Below, piece after piece: positions 1 to 9,946 of a stretch of 64,000 bases of DNA; position 1 is the stretch's first letter, and every line of letters begins with the position of its first letter. Made by a program: the position numbers and the translations under genes. The stretch is from Cyanophyceae cyanobacterium. Its GTDB lineage: Bacteria; Cyanobacteriota; Cyanobacteriia; Cyanobacteriales; Laspinemataceae. The notes under the pieces were generated by a model that saw only the letters and a program-made list of their open reading frames with translations, was not told the DNA's origin and searched no databases. Location of the stretch: positions 352,001-416,000 of the forward strand of contig JBBQFN010000001.1 of NCBI GenBank assembly GCA_038321985.1, read 5' to 3'.

Positions 1-1215
1 AACTTTAATTTGATTCACGACAGCAAAGTGGAAATTTTCTTCTTCCATCCTCATTCGTAGATAGTCTAAATTAAACTCCCGTGAGTGAATGAGGTCGGGA
101 TTTTTTTCCATTTTTGTAATCGATTCGAGAGACATTTTTAGCTTTTTTTGAAGCTCTTTATTTTTGAACTCATCAAACTTAACCTTTTTCTTAAGCTGGT
201 CCAGTTGCACTTTGTGAAACACAAAAGAGGCTATAAGTAACAGCAAAAGGCCACCCGAGACTGACATCCATAGTTGATCCGGTGACAGAGGCAATTTTGA
301 GTTATTCGTTTCTTGGGCTTGAGCTAAGGTAGGCTGGACAAGGATAATAGGGCTTGACATAGACTTTCCCTGGTACAACGGCACTTTTTAATAGAGTTCC
401 CCCGAGGGCATCTTTGATATTCATCTCCTCCGCTTTTCACTCCCTCTGATGGATGGAAGACGGTCACCGATTAGAGGTGTCAAGTCGGGTAGAAGGTGGG
501 GTGCGTCTGGTGACAACAGAAAGAGAAGGTGAGTAGATGTCCGTTTGTAGATGTCCGTCCTTTTTACAGCAAACTGCTGGATAATCCAAATCAACCGAAC
601 CGATATTAACACCCCTACCCTATCCTAACTATCCGCTTACAGACTGGGGGGAAGGCTGCCATTTTTCCCCAACATCGGGTTCCCGAACAGGCAACCAGAC
701 CCGGGTTAAAGCGCGCCTATAGCCTCCAGATTGCACGAAACCCCAACAACTTCAGGACGCTCCCACCTCTTCTGTATGATGCCCTATCCCGACAAAAAGG
801 ATTTTACCTGATTCGGGCGGCGAACTCTACTGTAGTTTAGGGCAATTGCTCCGCTATTCCAAGCTCACTTCCAAAACCGGCGACTCGACCCTCAGGCGAT
901 CGCCCCCAATCTTGCAGGTCCTGGGGTCTGTCCCTTCAAAGTGGCGAATTGAACTGAGGGTTTAAAATGGTTCCCTGTTTAGGGCAGTTTTCTCGATTCA
1001 ATCGGATTCAATGGAAGGATTGAGGGCGGTTTAAGGACAACTATTCCTAGGAATTAAAAACCTTAAAGTTGGCAGTTCTCACCCTTTAATCAACAGAACA
1101 ATGTAGGAAAATTTAACCTTCAGTTCTGTTTTTCTCCGGATTCAAACCCCTTTATCCCCAAGGGTTGACTCCTTTTCTTTCCCTTGCTCTCATATTACAA
1201 GGAAAATCTACACTG

Positions 1216-2013
1216 ATGGAATGGCAAACTCAAAAATTTATGAAATCTTTACCCTTATTTACCCTTCAGACCCATCATAGCCTGCAAACCGTGGGTTTGG
1301 TGGCAACGGATCTCGACGGGACTCTAACTTATCAAGGAAAATTCACCCGCAGTTTGTTGGAAGGATTGGAGGCATTAGCAGCAGCAGGAGTGGCGGTAGT
1401 AGTCGTCACCGGGCGATCCGCTGGATGGGTGAGTGGGTTAGTCAGTTATTTGCCGGTGGTGGGGGCGATCGCCGAAAATGGTGGGATTTTTTACCCGAGT
1501 AATGGTGCTCCCGTCTTGTTAACCCCGATTGCGGATGGGGTGAGTCATCGCCAGCAACTAGGGGCGACGTTTGCGCGGCTATTGGCTGAATTTCCGCAAC
1601 TTCGAGAAACTTCTGATAATCAGTTTAGGGTCACCGATTGGACATTTGACGTGGAAGGACTGAGCTCAGAAAATTTACAACGATTGAGGTCCCTCTGTCA
1701 AGAAATGGGCTGGGGGTTTACCTTTAGTACCGTACATTGTCATATCAAACCCCAGGGTCAGGATAAGGCAGTCGCCTTGTTGCAGGTGTTGCGCGATCGC
1801 TTCTTGAACTTTACCCGCGATCGCATCGTGACGGTGGGGGATAGTCCCAATGACGAGAGTTTATTTGATCCCAGCCTCTTCCCCTTATCTGTCGGCGTTG
1901 CTAACATTACTGAATACTTTCCCATCCTCAAACATCACCCCGCCTACGTCACAGATTTATCCGAATCTGAGGGCTTTTGCGAGTTAGTTCGCGCCATTCT
2001 TGCGGCCCAATAA
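1216..2013 (+). CDS. HAD-superfamily hydrolase, subfamily IIB (Cof/SPP-like)
   Basis: Motif I ATDLDGTLT, motif II VVTGRSAG, motif IV GDSPND. ATG at 1216 preferred over TTG at 1165. Confidence 0.88.
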   Translation: MEWQTQKFMKSLPLFTLQTHHSLQTVGLVATDLDGTLTYQGKFTRSLLEGLEALAAAGVAVVVVTGRSAGWVSGLVSYLPVVGAIAENGGIFYPSNGAPVLLTPIADGVSHRQQLGATFARLLAEFPQLRETSDNQFRVTDWTFDVEGLSSENLQRLRSLCQEMGWGFTFSTVHCHIKPQGQDKAVALLQVLRDRFLNFTRDRIVTVGDSPNDESLFDPSLFPLSVGVANITEYFPILKHHPAYVTDLSESEGFCELVRAILAAQ

Positions 2014-2066
2014 CCTCAAAAACTGCGATCGCCTTTAGGGTGGAGTGGCGATCGCAGTTTTACCCG

Positions 2067-2984
2067 TTACAGGGCGGCTGGGATAAAATTCCCCGATACA
2101 AATTTCCATTGATTTTGTTCTTTTGCCAGATTAACCTCAATCTCATACAAAGTATCTAAGTTACCATAAATCACGGCCTCTGTTAGCTGCTTTTCTTCTT
2201 CTTTAAAAGTCCATTTATTAAATTCAATCTCTCTGCGTCTTTCTAATGCCAGGGGCAAAATTGGATTCTCTTGAACTCTTTTTTGATACTCCTCCAAAGT
2301 AACCTGCTCTCGAAGTTGACTAGAGGCATTTTCATAAGCCGCCTGAACATTTTTGTTCATAGCAATTCCTTTTTCTAGGCGCATAAAATGGGCGGTTGCC
2401 GCTTGATTCGCCGACCGGATTTCGGGGAGATAGGTTTTGATAAAATAAAATCCTACCGCCAATCCCGCTAAACTCACCAGCAGCAAGATGATACCGATGA
2501 TCTTTTTAAACGTAAAAATATATCGGTCCTCAACAATGATGCCCGGAAGCCCAGCATCCCGATTAATCACTAGAGTTCGGGCATAGCGATCGCCCAAAGT
2601 TTGGTTTTTCGGAGACATTAACAGCGGGGATAGTAGCAACAACATATCCAAAGGCTTGAAAAGCGTCCTAACTAGCGCTTGCACTAGGTTGGGTCGGCGT
2701 CCCCTTACGGTGACCACTTCTTCTTGGAAAATCAACTTACCTAGAGTCGAACCCAGGGTGGCTTCTAAGAGGGTAAAATATCCGATAAAAGCTAAAAATA
2801 CAATAAAAAATTTAGAAATATCTACCGATACAAACGTGATACTATTTACACCTATCGTAGGTAAAAACCCAATTCCCAGCCCGACGGCAAACCAAACGAG
2901 TCCAATTATAATCAAGTCAATTGCCGCAGCAATTATCCTTCGGAAAAAGCCAGGAAATAAACTTGGGGCGGGGTAATTTGCCAT
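2067..2984 (-). CDS. RDD family membrane protein with C-terminal soluble domain
   Basis: RRIIAAAID ... TLGK ... QTLGDRYART pattern typical of RDD; several hydrophobic segments. Start may extend to 3026. Confidence 0.8.
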   Translation of the reverse strand: MANYPAPSLFPGFFRRIIAAAIDLIIIGLVWFAVGLGIGFLPTIGVNSITFVSVDISKFFIVFLAFIGYFTLLEATLGSTLGKLIFQEEVVTVRGRRPNLVQALVRTLFKPLDMLLLLSPLLMSPKNQTLGDRYARTLVINRDAGLPGIIVEDRYIFTFKKIIGIILLLVSLAGLAVGFYFIKTYLPEIRSANQAATAHFMRLEKGIAMNKNVQAAYENASSQLREQVTLEEYQKRVQENPILPLALERRREIEFNKWTFKEEEKQLTEAVIYGNLDTLYEIEVNLAKEQNQWKFVSGNFIPAAL

Positions 2985-3273
2985 GATATCGAGAGAAAAT
3001 TTACGGAACAGTGTACATAATGCCATAGATAGGGAACCATGCCAGCCTAGGGTCTATCAGGACAATCCCCTAATAGTTTATGGCACAGAAACTCCAATCT
3101 TTGAGGGCGATGCAAACCGAGGGTTGGGGCGTTCCACTTGGTAGGCAGTTACTTTTCAACCTCGGCCCCTCCAGAACGGGGCCCATTAAAATCCTGAAAC
3201 ATTTCCCCAAAATAGGATAATCATGAGTTATCGTGGTGAGATAACTGGCGCTACGCTGGAAAGTTCTAGTTCT

Positions 3274-5085
3274 ATGAAAAAACTTCTGCTCCTTTCCTTA
3301 TTTATAGTGGGTTTGGGCTTTGCCCTGTTCAACTTCAAGGGTTTAGCCAATCAAGGCACTTTCGACTCTATTGTCCTCGACTTTCGGGATGATCTTTCCT
3401 TAATCGAACTCAAGCAACAAGTTGATGCGATCGCCACCGAGTATGGCTTTGTCCCCCGTCTTAACTCCAAGTTTTCGGCGGAGGATCATTTCTATATCGT
3501 CAACGGCGATCGCCAACTCCTCAAGACCCTCAAAAAATCTGACGTCTCTAAATACACCGAATACATTGAGCCCGCTTACGAATATCAAACCCTAGATATT
3601 CCCAACGACCCATTCTACGCGCAACAGTGGAACCTCCGCAGCATCAATGTTGAAAAAGCGTGGGATGATACCAAAGGCAGTGGCATGACTGTCGCCGTGA
3701 TTGATACCGGCGTCAGTCGCGTTCCAGACTTAAAAAATACCAAATTTGTCAAAGGATACGATTTCGTCAACAATCGCGAACTCGCCGATGATGATAACGG
3801 ACATGGCACCCACGTTGCGGGAACCATCGCCCAAACCACCAATAATGGGTACGGCGTCGCGGGGGTTGCCTACGAAGCCAATATTATGCCCCTGAAAGTC
3901 TTAAGTGCCAGTGGTGGGGGCAACGTTGCCGATATCGCTGAAGCCATTAAATATGCGGCAGATAACGGCGCAGACGTGGTGAACATGAGTTTGGGCGGTA
4001 GTGGTGAAAGTAACGCCATGAAAGAGGCAGTCGCCTATGCCCATAGTAAAGGAGTTCTGATCGTTGCGGCTGCCGGAAACGAACAGCGTAACAGTGCCTC
4101 CTATCCCGCCCGGTATGCCAACGTAATCGGCGTGGCGGCGATCGATTCCACCGGACAAAAAGCCCCTTACTCCAACTTTGGGGCCGGTGTGGATATTTCC
4201 GCCCCGGGTGGCGATACCACCAAGGGAGACGAAGGGGGAATTCTCCAAGAAACCATCTCGTTCAATCCCGATACCAATCTCCCCGGTTTTGCCTTTCAAG
4301 CCTATCAAGGGACCAGCATGGCAGCGCCCCACGTTGCCGGTGTTGCTGCCTTGATTAAAGCCTCTGGAGTCACAGAACCCGACAAAATTACCGCCATCCT
4401 CAAAGAATCGGCGCGGCAGGTGAAAGAAGACCCCCTAAACCACTTTGGGGCGGGACATCTGGATGCGGCTAGTGCTGTAACCCTTGCCAAGACGGGTCAA
4501 TTTGACTTTGGTCATTTCTTTAGTGACTTCTTCCGGTGGTTGCGCGATAACGGATACCTTAACCCCCGGTTCTGGATTGATGGGGGCGTTTATGCCCTGC
4601 TACCGAAAGTCTTAATGGTCGTCGGTTCCTATCTGATTGCCTGGTTACTGAAGATGTATTTCCCCTTCAGTTGGACTTGGAGTATGGCGAGTGGATTGGT
4701 TGCCGGAAGTTCAGGTTTATTCGTATTTCGGGGATTCTATATCTACGACTTGCCCCAGTGGCCCTTCCGTATCCTCGGCAGTTCTATTCCAGAACTAGGA
4801 ACTTCAATTTCTGGGAGTAGCGCCTTCAATCCCATTTTTGCCAGTGTCGCAATTCCTGTGGTTCTGATTCTGTTGCTGTTAGGACATCCCCAATGGAAGT
4901 GGTTCGCGATCGGTTCCACGATTGGAATCGCTACCTGTCTCGGCATTAGTGCCGTGTTAGTACCGGCACCCACATTATTATGGATTGGCAGTGGCATCGG
5001 TGCAAGGGCCTTTTTAATAGTAAATGCCCTCTTGTGCTTGGCACTCGCACGTCTGGCAATGAAAGATGAAGGACAAACCGCATGA
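3274..5085 (+). CDS. S8 (subtilisin-like) serine peptidase with N-terminal signal/anchor and C-terminal membrane domain
   Basis: Catalytic triad motifs VAVIDTG, HGTHVAG, GTSMAAPHVAG; hydrophobic C-terminal helices. Confidence 0.93.
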   Translation: MKKLLLLSLFIVGLGFALFNFKGLANQGTFDSIVLDFRDDLSLIELKQQVDAIATEYGFVPRLNSKFSAEDHFYIVNGDRQLLKTLKKSDVSKYTEYIEPAYEYQTLDIPNDPFYAQQWNLRSINVEKAWDDTKGSGMTVAVIDTGVSRVPDLKNTKFVKGYDFVNNRELADDDNGHGTHVAGTIAQTTNNGYGVAGVAYEANIMPLKVLSASGGGNVADIAEAIKYAADNGADVVNMSLGGSGESNAMKEAVAYAHSKGVLIVAAAGNEQRNSASYPARYANVIGVAAIDSTGQKAPYSNFGAGVDISAPGGDTTKGDEGGILQETISFNPDTNLPGFAFQAYQGTSMAAPHVAGVAALIKASGVTEPDKITAILKESARQVKEDPLNHFGAGHLDAASAVTLAKTGQFDFGHFFSDFFRWLRDNGYLNPRFWIDGGVYALLPKVLMVVGSYLIAWLLKMYFPFSWTWSMASGLVAGSSGLFVFRGFYIYDLPQWPFRILGSSIPELGTSISGSSAFNPIFASVAIPVVLILLLLGHPQWKWFAIGSTIGIATCLGISAVLVPAPTLLWIGSGIGARAFLIVNALLCLALARLAMKDEGQTA

Positions 5086-5315
5086 GTATTAATGTAGAAG
5101 GGACAATCGAACGCAAAAATATCGGTCCCGGTGCGTGGGCATTGGTTTCCGATGCGGGTCAAACCTACGAGATTTATCAAGGTGCACCGGCAGATTTGTT
5201 AAAGCCCGGTCAAAAGGTCAAAGTCAAAGGTCAGGTGCGTGATGATGTGATGACAATGGCAATGATTGGCCCGGTTTTAGAGGTGAAATCTTTTGAGGCG
5301 ATCGCCTCAGATTAG
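5082..5315 (+). CDS. Small conserved hypothetical protein (OB-fold-like), translationally coupled to the S8 gene
   Basis: ATGA overlap with the peptidase stop (5082-5085); beta-rich, typical composition; followed by a terminator. Confidence 0.75.
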   Translation: MSINVEGTIERKNIGPGAWALVSDAGQTYEIYQGAPADLLKPGQKVKVKGQVRDDVMTMAMIGPVLEVKSFEAIASD

Positions 5316-5355
5316 CTCAACACTAAACCTCTGGCTACTGGAGTCTGACTCTATT

Positions 5356-5385
5356 AAAAAAGGCGCACGGTTGTGCGCCTTTTTT
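5356..5385. terminator. Bidirectional intrinsic terminator
   Basis: AAAAAAGGCGCAC-GGTT-GTGCGCCTTTTTT perfect hairpin with A and T tracts. Confidence 0.85.
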
Positions 5386-5623
5386 AATATTTTAGGGAGA
5401 GGGGTTACCCGGAGAAAAAACCCTAGACACCTCGGGGCAAATCCCCTTAAAAGTCTAATCCTAGTAATAGACGAATTGCAGAATCCTATCAAGGCGATTG
5501 CCGTTGACCAGGGGGAGTTGGGGGGATCAGTCCGGAATTTTGCAAGAGGTCTAGTCCTCATTCACAAATTCTGTTAAATTAACCTCAATCTTTAAGCTGA
5601 GGGCCGGTTGTAGTCTAGAATAG

Positions 5624-5673
5624 AAAAAACCGGCTCAAAAGAGCCGGGAAACGTCAATCAGGGTGCATCTACC
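5624..5673 (-). ncRNA. nsiR1: NsiR1-like small RNA, copy A
   Basis: Minus strand reads GGTAGATGCACCCTGATTGACGTTTCCCGGCTCTTTTGAGCCGGTTTTTT (5' core plus terminator hairpin and U-tract). TCCGGA at 5703-5708 is 30 nt upstream. Located upstream of and antisense to hetF. Confidence 0.72.
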
Positions 5674-5702
5674 TTTCCTTTCTTCTGGAAAGACCCCTGC
5701 AA

Positions 5703-5708
5703 TCCGGA
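5703..5708 (-). promoter_or_regulatory. DIF1-like motif TCCGGA at about -35 of sRNA copy A
   Basis: Minus-strand context TCCGGATTGCA; same offset and flank as copy C. Confidence 0.62.
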
Positions 5709-5978
5709 AAAATTATTGCTAAACTAGAGGTTAAGCAGGCACAAAGCGAACCTGCGCCATCAGGCTGTCACTACATTTACAAGGGAGAGGGAACTTCAAT
5801 CAGGATGCCCTCCTCTCTAGTCAAGCGGGTTCATTTCTGTCTGTAACGTCAATTGGGTAAAAGGATTTCTCTTTCAGGAGCAATTTAGCGGTGCATCGGA
5901 AGGCTGCCAACAAGCGCGACTGCTCGTCGGTGAAAAATCTAGCCTTTAAATCCGTGAGGGCTGCCATCAGAACCTAGG

Positions 5979-6030
5979 AAAAAATCCCCAGTTCCTAACC
6001 ACCAGGGATCGACTTCGGAGTGCATCTATA
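5979..6030 (-). ncRNA. Diverged NsiR1-like small RNA, copy B
   Basis: Minus strand TATAGATGCACTCCGAAGTCG-ATCCCTGGT-loop-ACTGGGGAT-TTTTT; one-mismatch motif TCCGGT at 6058-6063. Confidence 0.55.
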
Positions 6031-6302
6031 CCGATCCTTCTCAGATTTTTCGGCTTAACCGGATCAAGGTAACGGAGATCTGTAACCCGTTCAAGAGAAG
6101 AATTGTAGAATTACAAACAGATCCGCCCCGACCCCCCTTAACCTGGAGGGAGGGGAAGAAATTATGCAATTCTTCTCATATTGCTTAGGGGTAAAGGATG
6201 CGGTCAAGGGTCCTGAATTTGATCGGGCTTGCTCTCCCTTTTCTGCAAAGCGATCGCACCGTGTAGTTTCTCAATTGTCAGGAGATTAACGACTTAAAAT
6301 TT

Positions 6303-6356
6303 AAAAAAATTCCCGGCTGTTTGATGCCGGGATATATCCATCAGGGTGCATCTACC
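6303..6356 (-). ncRNA. nsiR1: NsiR1-like small RNA, copy C
   Basis: Minus strand GGTAGATGCACCCTGATGGATATA-TCCCGGC-ATCAAACA-GCCGGGA-ATTTTTTT. First 17 nt identical to copy A; TCCGGA at 6387-6392. Confidence 0.72.
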
Positions 6357-6386
6357 ACTCCATTGTTCTCGATTGAGCTGATGCAT

Positions 6387-6392
6387 TCCGGA
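6387..6392 (-). promoter_or_regulatory. DIF1-like motif TCCGGA at about -35 of sRNA copy C
   Basis: Minus-strand context TCCGGAATGCA, 31 nt from the conserved 5' end. Confidence 0.62.
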
Positions 6393-6760
6393 CAGTTGTC
6401 AGCATTTTTTTACCAAACTTTTCACGTTCATCGCTCAAGGGATGATGAGGTCAATTTAGATTGAGGAATGAATAAAGTTAGAGAATTGGGTAACTTTTCC
6501 AGAGTGGTTTCGTCTATCCGGAAAGACTCTATCAAAACTAAAACTCCTCGGAAAAAACTGGCACAGATAATCCGTGAAATTAGAATTTAAGCGGGAACTT
6601 AATTTATCCCTAAACCCGGGGAAATGAGCTTTAATCTGCCCGTTTTAACCGAAAATTATCCCTTTGCAACTAGAGTTAAAAATAAAGTGGGAGGGCCTAA
6701 AAAAACCAAGGCCAATCCCTTAGATAAGATATAAACAGTGAGCAGGAGTGCAGTGAAACT

Positions 6761-9328
6761 GTGAGCCAGAAATTTGAAGAATTACATATTTCTGTAACCC
6801 CAGTTGGGGACGACAAGTATTTAGTGCGGACCGAACAAGCACCGAAAGGCGTGCTCCCGGCTGAAGAACAAGTCGTCTGGCCGGTAGAGGGCTGGTTGCG
6901 TCAAGCTGCCAAGTTGATGGAAGATCCATTATCGATGTTGATGCGCTTAAACGATCAACCCTACCCTTCCCCAGACTCGCCCACGGCAGACTTGGAACGG
7001 GCTACGTTAGGAAACTTAGTAGAACTGGGTCAGGAACTTTATCAAGCATTGTTTCAAGGCAGTTTGCTCGATCGCCTGACTTCCGCACAAGCGATCGCCC
7101 ATAACCAGGGGAATGTCCTAAGATTGCGCCTGGGACTCAAAGGGGCTCATCTGCCTCGTCTACCTTGGGAGGTGATTCACGAAGACACCCGGGCGATCGC
7201 CACGGGCAAAGATCTCGTCTTTTCCCGCTATCAACCCACCTTAGCACCTGTCGCCCTCCCTGCAAATACCGGCGATCGGGTGAAAATTTTGATGGTCTTG
7301 GCAGCACCCACGGACCGTGAAAATCTCGCCCTCAAACGGGAAGCGATTCACCTCCAGGAGGACCTCAAAGCCCGATGGCGCAGTGGTACTCCCGTTACAG
7401 GTAAACCCCCTCAAATCCAACTGGATATCCTCGAACAACCCAACCGAGAAGAACTCACCCGCGCCTTAGAACAAAATCACTACCAAGTCTTACATTACTC
7501 CGGTCACAGCGATGTGGGTGCCGGTGGGGGTGAACTATATCTCGTCAACCGCAAAACGGGCTTAAGCGAAGTCCTCACCGGAAATGACCTCGCCGGATTG
7601 TTAGTCAATGCGGGGATTCGCATGGCGGTCTTTAACTCCTGTCGCGGGGCCTATACTGCCAGTTCTGACCCCACGGATGCCACCGGCAGAAGGTGTCTGG
7701 CCGAGGTCCTAGTCAAGCGCGGCGTCCCCGGCGTCCTGGCAATGGCAGAACGGATCACCGATGATGTGGCCCTGACTCTAACCCGGTTATTTTATTACAA
7801 CATCAAACAGGGTTATCCCGTAGACCTCAGTCTGAATCGTGCCCGACAAGGGTTGATGTCCGCCTATGGTTCTCACGAACTCTACTGGGCGCTGCCGGTT
7901 CTGTATCTCCATCCCGAATTTGATGGGTATCTCACATCGGAAAAAACCCCGTTGGACAATTCTGGCACCACCGGAGGCGATCGCCCAATTACGCGCAAGA
8001 CTTCCCCGATTCCCCAGGAAATCGCCGCCTCTAGTTCCCTTTCTACACACTCTCCCCCCACCACTCCTCATTCCAGAGAATCTCTTGATTTCGGCAAGAT
8101 ACCCCCCTCCCGCACGGGAACAATGACGGTGCAAAGTCCTTACGCCGAGGACGAGACAGACCTTTTCGATGAGGGAGACCTCGAAGGGGTATATGAAGAT
8201 ATCATGTATGACGAACTGGATGATGACGAGGCGGTTTCAATCGTTTCGGAGTTGTTCCGAGAGATGGTGGGTGAGACTGACCCCGAAACCGATGCAGTCC
8301 ATCGTCAGCAAAGCCAAGTCCAAAAGGCTTTTGATATCCTTCAAGAAACCATTACGGAGGAATTAGCGCCAGAGGCCACCACGGCACAGCAGTTGCCCGA
8401 GGAATGGCCGTTACCCGCAACCGATGCGCCTCTGACTCAAAAGCCTCAGACTACATCAACGGCCAGAAAATCCTCCGGATTTAAGTGGCGCGTTGCTGTT
8501 GGCGCTGCTGTGGCGATCGCCATTGCGGGTGCTGGGTTTTGGATTGGGCAAACTCGCTTTTCCTCCACCAGCAGTAGACTCGAAGCGTTACTCCCACCCA
8601 CGGGATCGATCGCCTTAGAGTCCCCCTTATCTGCGGGCGATCGGATGAATCTTAGTCAATTACAAACCCCAGAAGTGGGCAAATTAGCCTTTGCTTATTT
8701 TAACGAAGGAGATGCGATCGCCGGTCAAGAAGCCGTAGAAGAACTCCTCCAACCCCAACGCAGCGCCCTTAATTATGCAGAAGCGGTACTCAGCGGCGTT
8801 CCCGAACCCCATAAATTTGATTCCAGCATCACCTTTTTATGGGGTCGTCTCGCTTGGCAAGCGGCCCTTTCAGGCAATCCTAAATACAGTTTAGATGATG
8901 TCCGCAGATATTGGACTCGTGCCATCCAACAAGAACCTAATAATCCCACCTACTACAATGCCCTAGGCTTTGCCTACTACGCCGATGGTAACTTCAAAAA
9001 AGCCGAAGATGCTTGGATGGAATCCTTAAAATTACTCGAAAAAATGCCCTTAATGGGTGCTAAAAATTCCACGATTCCAGAATCTACTCCTCTGGAAAGT
9101 TATGATGCTCTAACTGCCTATGCCGGATTTTCCCTAGTGATGAGTCGTTCCGTATCCAACTTACCCCCAGGCGATCGGACCCAAGTCTTAAGTAAAGCGA
9201 TTAAACTCCGAAAAATCGTCCTTTCCGTCGATCCTTTGGCCTTTCAACCTGACGCCCTAGCAAGACAATGGATGTGGCCCGAAGCCGCCCTAGAAGATTG
9301 GCGATCGCTCCTCATGGAGCGGGAGTAA
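6761..9328 (+). CDS. hetF: HetF: CHAT (caspase-HetF) domain protease with transmembrane segment and C-terminal TPR-like region
   Basis: N-terminus LHISVTPVGDDKYLVRTE..GV..AEEQV.WPV..WL characteristic of HetF; catalytic dyad LHYSGH / VFNSC; YWALP.LYLHPEFDG; GTG start with CAGGAG RBS. Confidence 0.9.
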   Translation: MSQKFEELHISVTPVGDDKYLVRTEQAPKGVLPAEEQVVWPVEGWLRQAAKLMEDPLSMLMRLNDQPYPSPDSPTADLERATLGNLVELGQELYQALFQGSLLDRLTSAQAIAHNQGNVLRLRLGLKGAHLPRLPWEVIHEDTRAIATGKDLVFSRYQPTLAPVALPANTGDRVKILMVLAAPTDRENLALKREAIHLQEDLKARWRSGTPVTGKPPQIQLDILEQPNREELTRALEQNHYQVLHYSGHSDVGAGGGELYLVNRKTGLSEVLTGNDLAGLLVNAGIRMAVFNSCRGAYTASSDPTDATGRRCLAEVLVKRGVPGVLAMAERITDDVALTLTRLFYYNIKQGYPVDLSLNRARQGLMSAYGSHELYWALPVLYLHPEFDGYLTSEKTPLDNSGTTGGDRPITRKTSPIPQEIAASSSLSTHSPPTTPHSRESLDFGKIPPSRTGTMTVQSPYAEDETDLFDEGDLEGVYEDIMYDELDDDEAVSIVSELFREMVGETDPETDAVHRQQSQVQKAFDILQETITEELAPEATTAQQLPEEWPLPATDAPLTQKPQTTSTARKSSGFKWRVAVGAAVAIAIAGAGFWIGQTRFSSTSSRLEALLPPTGSIALESPLSAGDRMNLSQLQTPEVGKLAFAYFNEGDAIAGQEAVEELLQPQRSALNYAEAVLSGVPEPHKFDSSITFLWGRLAWQAALSGNPKYSLDDVRRYWTRAIQQEPNNPTYYNALGFAYYADGNFKKAEDAWMESLKLLEKMPLMGAKNSTIPESTPLESYDALTAYAGFSLVMSRSVSNLPPGDRTQVLSKAIKLRKIVLSVDPLAFQPDALARQWMWPEAALEDWRSLLMERE

Positions 9329-9360
9329 CTAAAGATAAAGCCGAAGTTTTTTCAATGTTG

Positions 9361-9416
9361 GTAGTAACACTTTTAGTCGTTCTTATCTTTGTTGGTAGTA
9401 ACGACTTTAGTCGTTT
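9361..9416. repeat. GTAG-type REP-like repeats (GTAGTAACGACTTTAGTCGTT), two copies
   Basis: Copies at 9361 and 9395; related copies at 46891 and 47057-47077 (reverse strand). Confidence 0.6.
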
Positions 9417-9485
9417 CTTTACTGTTAGTAGAGAGGCCCGCTTTCTTATTTCTACAGTTGTTGCTTTCCAGTCAACGCCTTAACT

Positions 9486-9893
9486 TTACTTATCCCGAAC
9501 TTCTGGAACCTCGGTAACACCAGGACTCATCAACACATTCCAGGAACTCCAGGCCATCCCCAGAAACAGCATCCAGGCCAAAATTCCCAAAACCCAGGGC
9601 CGCCGTTGCAGGAATTGCACCAGAGAGCGGGAAAGGGGCTGTTTGGTAACCCCGCTAAGCCGGCGCGGGGGACCCACCCACCCCTTCCCCTCCGGCAGCA
9701 GGGGGCGATCGCCCTGCTCCCTCAACCCCCTCAAATAATCCAAGTGAGCATCCCGACTCCCGCTTAAATCTCGCAATCGCGCCAACTGACTCTCCCGGTT
9801 TGGCATAAAAGCTCGCAACCGATTGATTTGTCGCCGATCCGATACACTAAACGGTTTTAAAAGTCTAGAACTCATAAATGCTCCCGAGATCAA
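9486..9893 (-). CDS. Hypothetical protein with C-terminal transmembrane helix
   Basis: 135-aa ORF downstream of ddl on the same strand; hydrophobic PWVLGILAWMLFLGMAW segment. Confidence 0.55.
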   Translation of the reverse strand: MISGAFMSSRLLKPFSVSDRRQINRLRAFMPNRESQLARLRDLSGSRDAHLDYLRGLREQGDRPLLPEGKGWVGPPRRLSGVTKQPLSRSLVQFLQRRPWVLGILAWMLFLGMAWSSWNVLMSPGVTEVPEVRDK

Positions 9894-9946
9894 TGACCCA
9901 CTTGAGTGAATGCCAGTTGCCTTGCATTCCCCTTAATCTGCTCACT

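Noticed and set aside
1..1160. 63-aa ORF at 421-612, a GTAGATGTCCGT direct repeat near 533-559, a hairpin at 77-107 and a possible gene end or start at the window edge
   Set aside because: No recognisable protein motifs. The repeat shares only GTAGATG with the NsiR1-like core and lacks the DIF1 motif and terminator. Context is truncated by the window edge.
5860..5935. Fourth NsiR1-like copy
   Set aside because: Only GATGCACC matches; the terminator and upstream hexamer are unconvincing. At most a relic.
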